Assembly (NCBI GenBank): GCA_043745805.1
Contig: JAYTSD010000028.1
Span: 32,001-96,000 of the forward strand
DNA length: 64,000 nucleotides
Source: Fibrobacteria bacterium
Lineage (GTDB): Bacteria; Fibrobacterota; Fibrobacteria; UBA11236
Reading direction: 5' to 3'
This document shows, piece after piece, positions 16,432 through 25,500 of this stretch (its first letter is position 1; each line of letters opens with the position of its first letter). The notes under the pieces are model-generated. The model made no database searches. It worked only from the letters and a program-made list of their open reading frames with translations, and was not told the DNA's origin. Made by a program: the position numbers and the translations under genes.

Positions 16432-17526
16432 GTGATGGGACTTAATATTAAAAAAATCGGACCCAATAAATATTTCCTAGATGTTCGAGTTAGAGCTATT
16501 TCTGGCCGCCTTCGAGAGCGAGAAACTTTTCTCGGAACAAAACAGGAAGCCGAAGAAAGATTTCTTCAACTTCGAGAAGAGTTAAAGGCCGGAAAGACTT
16601 TAATATGCGCGTTAAAAACATTTGCGGATGTTCTCAATCTCTATAAGGAAAAACGTTTAACCTTACCTGGTAAAGAAATCAGTATCTATGCAAGACTAAT
16701 GCGTGATCTTGGTGCAATAGATCTGAAATCAATATCCCAACGGTTAGATGCTTATATCATGCTTTTGCGTAGATCATCATCAAAAAGGACAGGGAAGCCA
16801 CTTTCCAATGGAAGTATAAATCGACTTCTAACCTTTATTCGCGCTGCTTTTAACTTGGCTGTATCGTTAGAGTATTTGGAAAAAAGCCCAATTAGCAAAG
16901 CCCGATTTCCACGATTAAAGGAGACTCCACGGGACACAATTTTATCTCCACTTGCATTAGAAAATCTTTTTAATGCTATGGAAAAATATGCTCCACATCT
17001 GATATCCATTACTCAGTATGCCTTACAGGTTCCTTCACGAAAATCAGAATTAATCAATATGCGTTGCGAAGACTTAGATATGTTTCACCATGCAATAAGG
17101 GTTAGGAATGGGACTACTAAAAATAATGATGGAATATGGAAGCCAATTCCACCAAATATGCTTTCTTATTTTCGTTCGATTCCCGCAGGTAGCACTTTTA
17201 TCTTCTTCCGAGAAGAGAAAGGTGAATTTTTCCCTTTAGGAGATTTTAAAAAAGCCTGGGCCACTTGTCTCAAACACGCGGATATAAAAGATTTTCATTT
17301 TCACGATACCCGACATATGTCAGCTACCGATTTAGTCAATAATGGTACCCCAGAACAAACTGTTATGCAGATAGCTGGATGGCGTTCTAATATGCTTAGA
17401 AATTATTTTCATCGTGATGGCAAAGTTGCCCTGTCCCTTGTTAAATTTTCTCCGGGGTGGGTACACTCTGGGTACACTTTTGACGATCAAGGGGAAAAAG
17501 CGGAAGTAAATCAAAAATTACGGTGA
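16432..17526 (+). CDS. Tyrosine recombinase / phage-type integrase
   Basis: Catalytic set visible: R (PSRKSEL), K (TTKN), HxxR (FHDTRH), W (AGW), Y (LRNY). Adjacent to the tRNA 3' end. Confidence 0.92.
   Translation: MMGLNIKKIGPNKYFLDVRVRAISGRLRERETFLGTKQEAEERFLQLREELKAGKTLICALKTFADVLNLYKEKRLTLPGKEISIYARLMRDLGAIDLKSISQRLDAYIMLLRRSSSKRTGKPLSNGSINRLLTFIRAAFNLAVSLEYLEKSPISKARFPRLKETPRDTILSPLALENLFNAMEKYAPHLISITQYALQVPSRKSELINMRCEDLDMFHHAIRVRNGTTKNNDGIWKPIPPNMLSYFRSIPAGSTFIFFREEKGEFFPLGDFKKAWATCLKHADIKDFHFHDTRHMSATDLVNNGTPEQTVMQIAGWRSNMLRNYFHRDGKVALSLVKFSPGWVHSGYTFDDQGEKAEVNQKLR
17458..17478 (+). repeat. Tandem 10-bp direct repeat TGGGTACACT, candidate integrase arm-binding sites
   Basis: Copies at 17458-17467 and 17469-17478, about 125 bp from the tRNA 3' end. 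Confidence 0.5.
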
Positions 17527-17570
17527 ATGAGAAATTGAGGTAAATATGGCGAATTTATGTGAATTAAAGC

Positions 17571-17600
17571 AAAAAAAGCCCCTCATTTCTGAGGAGCTTT
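17571..17600 (-). terminator. Rho-independent terminator downstream of tRNA-Gly
   Basis: Minus strand AAAGCTCCTCA-GAAA-TGAGGGGCTTT followed by a T-run. Confidence 0.75.
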
Positions 17601-17676
17601 TGGAGCGGGTTAAGCGACTCGAACGCTCGACCTTCTCCTTGGCAAGGAGATGCTCTACCAACTGAGCTAAACCCGC
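17601..17676 (-). tRNA. tRNA-Gly(GCC)
   Basis: Reverse complement GCGGGTTTAGCTCAGTTGGTAGAGCATCTCCTTGCCAAGGAGAAGGTCGAGCGTTCGAGTCGCTTAACCCGCTCCA: 76 nt cloverleaf, anticodon GCC, encoded CCA. Confidence 0.97.
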
Positions 17677-17730
17677 AAGTCAGTTTTCACTGAATTGAGG
17701 CAACAATTTTAAAATTTATTTGCAAAACGG

Positions 17731-18165
17731 TCAACCCTTTACCGGCTTTTTTTTGCCATTTGCAGCTAAAACTAAGATAGTCGCTCCTGAATTATGCGGT
17801 TCCTGATAATATGCTTTGAGTTTACCTTTCCAAACCGTTTTAGCACACCAATAAATACGTCCCCTAATGGTATCACGAGAATGTCCGCTACGACCATGCA
17901 CGACCCGCAAACGTGCCCCTGGAAGGTGTGAGAACTGTTCCAGCCATAATTCCACTTGGGCAATCGCCTCGTCAATCGTAAGTCCATGTAAATCCATTTC
18001 TTCATCCACCGCTTCTTCAATACGATGGCGAATTTTGGTCACAATTCTTTTTTTGGAACGCGCCCCATTTTTACCCTTCAATAAATTTGGATCGAGCAAA
18101 TCTTTTTTAGGGATCGGATTACGACTCATCCACTCCAATTGTTGTTTTCTTTTTTCTTCTGACAT
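17731..18165 (-). CDS. Smr (small MutS-related) domain protein
   Basis: EMDLHGLTIDEAI..LRVVHGRSGH..NSGATILVL Smr motifs. Confidence 0.85.
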   Translation of the reverse strand: MSEEKRKQQLEWMSRNPIPKKDLLDPNLLKGKNGARSKKRIVTKIRHRIEEAVDEEMDLHGLTIDEAIAQVELWLEQFSHLPGARLRVVHGRSGHSRDTIRGRIYWCAKTVWKGKLKAYYQEPHNSGATILVLAANGKKKPVKG

Positions 18166-18185
18166 GCTACGATTTCATTTATCGA

Positions 18186-19241
18186 TTAAGGCAAAACCAA
18201 ATCAGGATGAGATTGCATTACACTCTCTACAATAGAAAAAAAAGGATGACTATCATTCCATGTTTCCCCATGTTTTCGATATCCATATTTTCCGCCGCTA
18301 TTTTGCAATTTAAATTTCTCTCCCATTTTTCTTAAGAATAGCACGGTTCTTTGTTGGCTTTCCACTTGTTGCAAATGCTGGCGAGTGAGTTTTAGCTCCT
18401 GCGACAGATAACCTGGAATGTCCACGGCTTCGCCGGTTTTACGTAAATACATAATATCACCGAGTAAATTTAATCGAGTATCTTGTGATAAAGTTAAAGC
18501 TAATTGGGTGAGTATTTCTGCATCCATTTCTCGTGTGAAGCCTTTCGCATGTGTCATCTCATGACATATCCCAATTAATCGCCAATAATGGGGTTCCGGA
18601 TGTTGGGCATTGGAGACCATAGCAATTTCACCAAAAAAAGGATCATGAAATGCTGGGCCACCATAAGCAAGGCCTAAAGTAGTGGTGAAGGGTCCCATGG
18701 TTTTAATGCGTTTAACTTTTCGGCCAGGCATAAGATCGAGTTTTAAAAGTAAACTGTCGAGCGCATTATTACAGCGGAATAACATTTCCTCCTCGCTTAG
18801 TGATTCATAAAAACTTGGGCTAAAATTTTCATTCAAATGTTTTTCATGTTGATTTTTTTGTGCTAAAAAACGGTCATAGACAAGGGGTTTGCCTTTAAGG
18901 ACCTTTGCCAAAGGCGCGCGCCAAGCTGTGGGAGCCATACATAAAGGAAATGCGCCTTGTCCCAAACTTAAAATGAACAAAAATAAGGGTCCGCAATAAA
19001 AGCAAAAATTGCGAATACTTTTTAAGGGATGCTGTTTTTGTTTTCGAAAAATCAACCAAAGCGCCAACCAAAATAGGGTAGAAGCAAGCCCAAGCCAAAT
19101 GCCCAATTCAACCATAGAAAATGGTGCTTTGTCTACTAAACTCCCTTTCAAACAGGATAATGGGTAACCCAAAAAAGTCCAATAAATCGCAAACAAAGGA
19201 ATAGGCCATGACATAGCTGAAAAGTAAAAATTAAAAGCCAC
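18186..19241 (-). CDS. DUF3810-like membrane-anchored putative metallopeptidase
   Basis: N-terminal TMs, PFSMVEL, DPFFGE, and CHEMTHAKGFTREMDAE (HExxH plus downstream E). Confidence 0.7.
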   Translation of the reverse strand: MAFNFYFSAMSWPIPLFAIYWTFLGYPLSCLKGSLVDKAPFSMVELGIWLGLASTLFWLALWLIFRKQKQHPLKSIRNFCFYCGPLFLFILSLGQGAFPLCMAPTAWRAPLAKVLKGKPLVYDRFLAQKNQHEKHLNENFSPSFYESLSEEEMLFRCNNALDSLLLKLDLMPGRKVKRIKTMGPFTTTLGLAYGGPAFHDPFFGEIAMVSNAQHPEPHYWRLIGICHEMTHAKGFTREMDAEILTQLALTLSQDTRLNLLGDIMYLRKTGEAVDIPGYLSQELKLTRQHLQQVESQQRTVLFLRKMGEKFKLQNSGGKYGYRKHGETWNDSHPFFSIVESVMQSHPDLVLP

Positions 19242-19360
19242 GCAAACTAAAAGGATGTTTTATTGGCATCTTTATGGAAGACAAAATGGAGGATTAAAAT
19301 AAAATAACCCGACGCAGACAGACGCTTTGCAATCACAGGGCGAATACTTAACTTTAGCGC

Positions 19361-20128
19361 ATGTTGATTTTACCTCTAGGATTATTCTTAAGTGGACTCT
19401 TTGGTTTTTGGCTGGGCAGTCCGCATTTTTTAAATCGTCGTAGCGAATTTCAAAATTGGCTGGATTACTTATATCCTATCGCTATCGCTTTCTTTTTAGG
19501 CTTTGTTTTCGCGACTTTAGTACCGCATGTATTTTTTCATCAGCCGCGCGCCATTCCTGCCTTTGCTTTGGGTGTACTTTGCATGTGGTTTTTGAATCGT
19601 AAAGTTTTTCATCAAGATCCTTGCTGCGAAGGTGGACATAATGCCAAGGGTTTTGGCATCGTATCTGCTGCGGCGATGAGTATCTGTTCATTAAATGATG
19701 GTCTACTTTTAGGCTTATTGGTTCCGCCGGTTTGGTCTAGCTTAAATTTGGGAATGACTATTCATAAAATCACTTCCACTTTTGCCGTAGCGCAAATTTT
19801 ACAACGCAGTCGTTACAAAGGTTTTAGTCTGTGGATATTCGGCATACTGTATAATCTAGTGAGTCCTGCGGCTTATTATATGGGCATCATGGGCTTGGTC
19901 GGTGGCGAGCGTTATCAAATTTGGGCATTGGGATTTTCCACGGGATTATTATCGTATATGGCCATTGCGAATATGTTACCCCATGCGAAAACTATTTTTC
20001 AAACCAAACCTAAAAGCCGTTATGTATTCGCGGTGGTTTTGCTTTTCTCTTTAGGCTTAGGGCTTTTGCATCAATCCTATCATGAGGCATTAGAAGAACG
20101 TTTTTTAAATGTGATTCATGTTCCCTAA
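19361..20128 (+). CDS. ZIP-family (ZupT-like) metal transporter
   Basis: About 8 TMs, LVPH, SLNDGLLLG, IHKITSTFA, GLLSYMAIANMLP motifs. Confidence 0.65.
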   Translation: MLILPLGLFLSGLFGFWLGSPHFLNRRSEFQNWLDYLYPIAIAFFLGFVFATLVPHVFFHQPRAIPAFALGVLCMWFLNRKVFHQDPCCEGGHNAKGFGIVSAAAMSICSLNDGLLLGLLVPPVWSSLNLGMTIHKITSTFAVAQILQRSRYKGFSLWIFGILYNLVSPAAYYMGIMGLVGGERYQIWALGFSTGLLSYMAIANMLPHAKTIFQTKPKSRYVFAVVLLFSLGLGLLHQSYHEALEERFLNVIHVP

Positions 20129-20137
20129 TTGATTTAA

Positions 20138-20230
20138 AGGGAGAGGTCTCTCCCTGGCTTCGGCCTCACAATTTCATTTGGACATTTCGATAGGCTCAAT
20201 GTCCAAATGAAATTGCGGGGTCCTCAGCCA
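20138..20230. repeat. Nested inverted-repeat element between convergent genes (REP-like or bidirectional terminator)
   Basis: 8-bp IR AGGGAGAG/CTCTCCCT (20138-20155) and a perfect 18-bp IR 20169-20186/20198-20215 around an 11-nt loop. Confidence 0.65.
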
Positions 20231-20237
20231 CCCACTC

Positions 20238-21215
20238 TTACCAGCCCAGAGGCTGGAATTCATTTTGCAAATAGGGGAGAAAGTCAGCTATGCCTTCTTC
20301 CAAGGAATACGATTTACCCTTAAATCCCACACTATGAATTTTATCCAACTTCGCTTCAGTGAAGTACTGGTATTTTTCTCTTAAACCTTCGGGCATGGGA
20401 ATAAAATCAATGCATGGATTTTTCCCTAAACATTTAAAAATGGCATTCATCATATCCACCCAACTTCGAGCTTGGCCGGTGCCTACATTATATAAACCAC
20501 CGGGAATTTTTTTATCGAGAAAAAATAAAGTCATTTCCACAGCCGATTTGATATACACAAAATCACGTAATTGCTCGCCGTCTTTATAATCGGGACGATG
20601 CGATTTAAATAGTTGTACTTTGCCTTGCGCTTGAATTTGTTGAAAGGCTTTGACCACCATACTTTTCATATCGCCTTTATGATATTCATTCGGGCCATAG
20701 ACATTAAAATATTTTAGTCCCACGCAATCTTTTAGATATTTTTTTTCTTGCAGCCACAAATCAAAAATTTGCTTGGAATAGCCATACATATTTAAAGGGC
20801 GAAGTTTTCCGATTTGACTTTCATCATCGGTATAGTGATTTTCTCCATTGCCATAGGTAGCGGCGGAAGAGGCATAAATAAAGCGAGCTTTATGGTCCAT
20901 ACACCACTGTGTTAAAACTTTGCTGTATTCAAAATTATTTTTGATTAAATAACTACCATCTTTTTCCGTAGTGGCAGAGCAAGCCCCCAAATGCAATATG
21001 GCTTCCACTGAAGAATTGTTAAACTGTCCATTTTGCAAAGCGAGGAGAAAATCGTTTTTTTCCATATAATCTTGAAAACGTAAAGGTACTAGATTTTTCC
21101 ATTTTTCGGAAATGCCGATTTCGTCAACCAGTAATAAATCGGTACGTCCCATGTCATTGAGTTTCCATGCTAATGCACTGCCGATAAATCCTGAGGCGCC
21201 TGTGATGATGATCAT
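20238..21215 (-). CDS. hldD: ADP-L-glycero-D-manno-heptose-6-epimerase
   Basis: IITGASGFIGS, HLGACSATTE, YASSAATYG, PLNMYGYSK, YFNVYGPNEYHKG, YQYFTEA. Confidence 0.95.
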   Translation of the reverse strand: MIIITGASGFIGSALAWKLNDMGRTDLLLVDEIGISEKWKNLVPLRFQDYMEKNDFLLALQNGQFNNSSVEAILHLGACSATTEKDGSYLIKNNFEYSKVLTQWCMDHKARFIYASSAATYGNGENHYTDDESQIGKLRPLNMYGYSKQIFDLWLQEKKYLKDCVGLKYFNVYGPNEYHKGDMKSMVVKAFQQIQAQGKVQLFKSHRPDYKDGEQLRDFVYIKSAVEMTLFFLDKKIPGGLYNVGTGQARSWVDMMNAIFKCLGKNPCIDFIPMPEGLREKYQYFTEAKLDKIHSVGFKGKSYSLEEGIADFLPYLQNEFQPLGW

Positions 21216-21293
21216 TTAATATCACTTTCCCAATCTGTTTGCTGTAAATGTAATTTTTATCCAACAAACTTTTTATGTAAGCGAAAGGCTTTT

Positions 21294-21950
21294 GTGAAAA
21301 AGTCGATCAAAGCGTTGGAAATATTGAATATCTTGGAAGAATACTATCCTAATCCACCTATTCCTTTAATTCATTATAGTCCTTTTACTTTATGCATTGC
21401 AGTATTGCTTTCGGCACAAACGACGGATAAAGCAGTGAACTTGGCTACACCAGCTCTATTTGCCTTAGCCGACAATCCCAAGGATATGCTTAAGCTATCC
21501 ATTCCCAAAATTCAAAGTTTAATTAAAACCATTGGCTTAGCACCAACTAAAGCCAAGGCCATTTGGAATCTCTCCCAACTAGTGATCAATAAATTCGGTG
21601 GGGAAATGCCACGCACTTTTGAAGAATTAGAAACCCTGCCCGGTGTGGGGCATAAAACCGCATCGGTGGTCATGTCGCAGGCTTTTGGTTTTGCAGCATT
21701 TCCGGTGGATACACATATACATCGCTTAGCGCATCGTTGGGGATTATCTAACGGAAAAAATGTGGAGCAAACGGAAAAAGATTTGAAGGCTTTGTTTCCC
21801 GAAAAGCATTGGAATAAATTGCATTTACAAATTATTTATTATGGTCGTGAATATTGCCCAGCGCGAAATCATGACTTAATGAAGTGTAAAATTTGTGTGC
21901 AATATGGTGTAGCTTCGGTGTTACGTGCAGAGGCTTCTAAATCCAAATAG
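21294..21950 (+). CDS. nth: Endonuclease III
   Basis: LLSAQTTD, HhH motif LPGVGHKTASVV, PVDTH, C-terminal Cys cluster. Confidence 0.95.
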   Translation: MKKSIKALEILNILEEYYPNPPIPLIHYSPFTLCIAVLLSAQTTDKAVNLATPALFALADNPKDMLKLSIPKIQSLIKTIGLAPTKAKAIWNLSQLVINKFGGEMPRTFEELETLPGVGHKTASVVMSQAFGFAAFPVDTHIHRLAHRWGLSNGKNVEQTEKDLKALFPEKHWNKLHLQIIYYGREYCPARNHDLMKCKICVQYGVASVLRAEASKSK

Positions 21951-22360
21951 ACCAAGCTCCAAAATATACGAAGCCTCTTTTTATTTAAATGGGGGTACGG
22001 ATAAGGTTTTTTTAAATTCACTTGGGCGAGGATTTGTAACATTTCTGTATTTGGAAGCATATTTGGTGACTTGTCCCATAATTTTTTGCGTTTTTTAGGG
22101 TAAAATATTAGTCAACAGTCATAGTTTAATGTTTTGTAAATACTTTTAAAATGTATTTTTGTAGTGTAAAATAAATATTTTAATATAGCTATATTCTTTT
22201 ATTATTCAATAAAATAATATAATTAAAGACTTATTTGTAGTGTATTATTTTGTTAAATTATCTTTTAAATTGGAAATTTGAATTTGAAATGAGTTTGTCA
22301 CTTAAACGAAAAAAAGTGTAATGCCCTTGTAAATATTTGTGAGGTTTAATTATCTTATTA

Positions 22361-22445
22361 GTTCCTCGATTAGCTTCCGTTGCGCGGGTAATAACGGGCT
22401 AGTCATTTATGCGGCGACTCTTCGGAGTCGCCGTCCTCGTTTTAA
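22361..22445 (+). ncRNA. Candidate small structured RNA or leader (two hairpins, the second with a C(UUCG)G loop)
   Basis: GC-rich island in an AT-rich spacer. Hairpin GCGGCGACTC-TTCG-GAGTCGCCGT (22411-22434). Sigma70-like TTGTAA-N18-TATCTT at 22327-22356. Confidence 0.35.
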
Positions 22446-22526
22446 GAATTATTTTAGCGAACTTTTTTTCGACTAAAGCAATGAACGGTTGCCGCTTAAA
22501 CCCAAAAAATCCATTTTCTGAATTCG

Positions 22527-25500
22527 ATGATGAATCTTAAGTCAAACTATCTTCCCTTGGTAATTTTACTCACATTATTATACGGCATTGGAATAAGCGG
22601 ACAGGTTTATACCATTGACAATACCCATACGCTTTCTTCTGTGGCAACCACGATAGCCTCACTTGCCCCCACGGATACATCAACTCAACAAATTCGTTTT
22701 AAAGAATATTCCAATGTGAGCCAAAGCTCCTTCAAATTGATTTCTGCTTTTCAAGGCAATATTGTTTTTGAACGTGAGTCTGAAAGCGATTCGCTGATCA
22801 CTATTCCACAAGACTCAATTCTTTTTGAATTTAAACGCATTAAGGGGACGGTAACCTTAAGGGGACTAGCCTTTAAATTGAATGGGGATAATAGTGTGCT
22901 CATTGCAGGTTCGGAAACAGGTAAGGAAAATGCCAAACTCATTTTGGATTCGTGCATTATCATGGGTGACGACATCAAATCCACTTTTATTTCATGGTTG
23001 GGTAAAGTGGATAGTCGCATTGAAATACGCCGCTCCTATTTCGTGGCAAAAAATGGAACAAGTTTAATCAATTTAAATGCTGGTACGATTGTATTAGAAA
23101 ATAATGCAATTAATTTTAGTGGCCGAATTATTTCCAGCGCGAATGAATTATTACATGTTGAATATAATACTGTGATACGAACTCAATTGGATTGTCGTGA
23201 TGGAAATAATGCGGTGGCGACTTTTTTAAATAATTGGTTTCCTTTAAGAGGTAGAGATTATTCTAAGCCACCTAATACGGTAGGCTATTTCCCCATTTAT
23301 TTTGCAGGTTTTTTTTCAGTGAATGATACGATTAAAAATAATTTGATTTCCAATGGGGAATGGAAAGGTTTTGATTTTCCCGACGGCACTTCAAAATTTA
23401 GCGATATCTCCAATAAACATAATGCACGCCCATCCTCGCGCGACACCACAGAATTATGGAATTGGTATTTTTTGGATTCAACGAATGTCGGTTTTGGTGC
23501 TGGCCCACATAGAAAAAAAACAGCGTATAATGTTTTTCCTGACTCCAATGAATTTAGTACTTCATTTGATAATCGGTTTTTGCGTTTAAGTTTTATGTCT
23601 TCCGCAATTCCCCGCACATTAGTTCCCGAGTATAGTTCGGTGCTGCTTTCAGATACATCCTTGTATAATGATTTGCGTTTGGTTTGGCCACAAAAAGGGG
23701 GATTACATTTCGGCGCATTTAAAATATTTAGTATCATACTGGATACGGTAACAAATTTTGGTACGCCGATATTATTAGCTAATCAAGGCGCAACGGGATT
23801 ATATAAAAGACAAAGTTCAGGGTCTGCAAATGAAAATGATAAAGTTATTCTTTTTAGTAATGAATGGCTCTCGGCAAAATATTTTCATCCTGCCTTCAGC
23901 GCAAATACATCAAAAGGCATTAACATCACTCCTGATTCGCAAAACTTAGGCGTAGGTGACAGTATTCTTTTTACTCAAGTTACTTTACCGGGTAGAACTA
24001 TTTTTGTGGGTTCAAGCGCACCGCCAATGCCTAGCAACTATCGTGATTTAAATGTGAGTGTGGGTTATAGTACCAATGCCGTATTAAATGGAAATATTGA
24101 TTTTGGAACCAATGTCAAAACACAAATCCCCTATGAGGCGAATAAGGTTTATTGGTGGATTCCTTCTGGTGATACACTATTGTCTACCACAAGCAAGAAT
24201 GGACGCTTTATGTCGAAATATAAGGCCGTAAATGCCTTACAGGCCTATCTCGTCGAAGTAGTAAATACCCCCAAAGGTAAAAGCAGCTTATCCTCTTCTA
24301 CATGGGGACAAATTCAATTTCAATCTGAAAATGGTTTTCAATTTTATTTGGATAGCACTTCTTTTACTGCGGATAGCAATAAATATGGGAGCAGTAGTAA
24401 ACCTTTAAAGTTTGATTGGGCGGGGCGAGGAATTAATGATAGTGTGATTTGGAGTGGGAATTTTAAAACACCCGATCATGAACTTTGGAAAAATGTCAAT
24501 GGAGTATATTCGCCGGTGCTGGTTAAAGCAGATAGTTCGCATTTTGAATTTGCATTGTCGGCAGGCGATAGTAATGCTTATTTCTTTCAAGCCATTCCTT
24601 TTAATGTGTTTAAAAACCAACTATTTACAGCTACCCTAGGTGATGTTTCCGTTGCGAATTTATTGTCTTCGAATTCCGGTAAAATAAGTTTTGCGAATGC
24701 CGATCCAGATCCGCTCGATCCTTTATTTCTGAATACTAAATGGCTCGGTGGTAAATCGATAAAAACTTTACGCATCAATTTAACACAAGCTTATCAAATC
24801 ATTTTGGACCAAGTGAAAGCCCATGCCCCCAGTGATAAGGTTAAGCTATTGGGATATGATGGCAGTAATTGGATGGCCATGGATTCCGGCAATTTTGTGC
24901 TGGGCTCGCCGAGTAAATATCAATTTAATTTGCCCTTACTGCCTTCGTTACCATTAAGTGGAATTAGTAAATTTGCTATTCTAGAAGTATTACCTCCGGC
25001 AGAAAATATAGTGACCTTTACGGAGCCAGTTGTAAAAGGGGAAACCGCGGTAACCTTTTTGGCTGTAACTAAACCTGGTTTTGATTCTTCGGTTATAAAA
25101 AAATATGGAGTACAAATGTTTTCGCTCAATGCTCAAGGGCAATTTGTGGCCGAATCTCCACCCGATTCTTTAAGCGCTAAGCCAATAGGCACCGCATTGA
25201 CCAAGACTTTATCACCGGGGAAAATTTATTGGTATCAATTACAATATTTGGAAAAAGATTATCAAGTTTATGGAAATCAATTGGTGAATAATTTGGAGGG
25301 GCCTAAAATTAAATATGGTGATTTGCCGCTGATTTCACCCACTGCAAAAAATCATTGGCAAATTATTGGTTTTCCGTTTGATGGATTGGGTAAACATTTT
25401 ATTAAAAATTCAAATTTGGAATTGGATGTCTTGAAATTTAAAGATGTATCGGAATTTTATGATGGTATCGCGAAGGTTACAAATAATGGAGCAAAGGACA

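Larger units (their letters stand above)
1..17600. mobile_element. Integrative genomic island (ICE-like) at the 3' end of tRNA-Gly; left boundary not identified, probably outside the window
   Basis: Tyrosine integrase and excisionase-like HTH directly abut the tRNA 3' end. A T4SS-like operon lies inside. No full duplicate of the tRNA 3' end (TGGAGCGGGTTAAGCGACTCGAAC) was seen in the window. Inclusion of 1-3600 is uncertain. Confidence 0.7.

Noticed and set aside
16155-17526. Prophage interpretation of the xis-int module
   Set aside because: No capsid, terminase, portal, tail or lysis genes are visible; the adjacent genes are T4SS-like.
21951-22526. AT-rich spacer as a replication origin or degenerate CRISPR array
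   Set aside because: No DnaA boxes. Repeated motifs are only 6-11 bp, there is no repeat-spacer structure and no cas genes are present.
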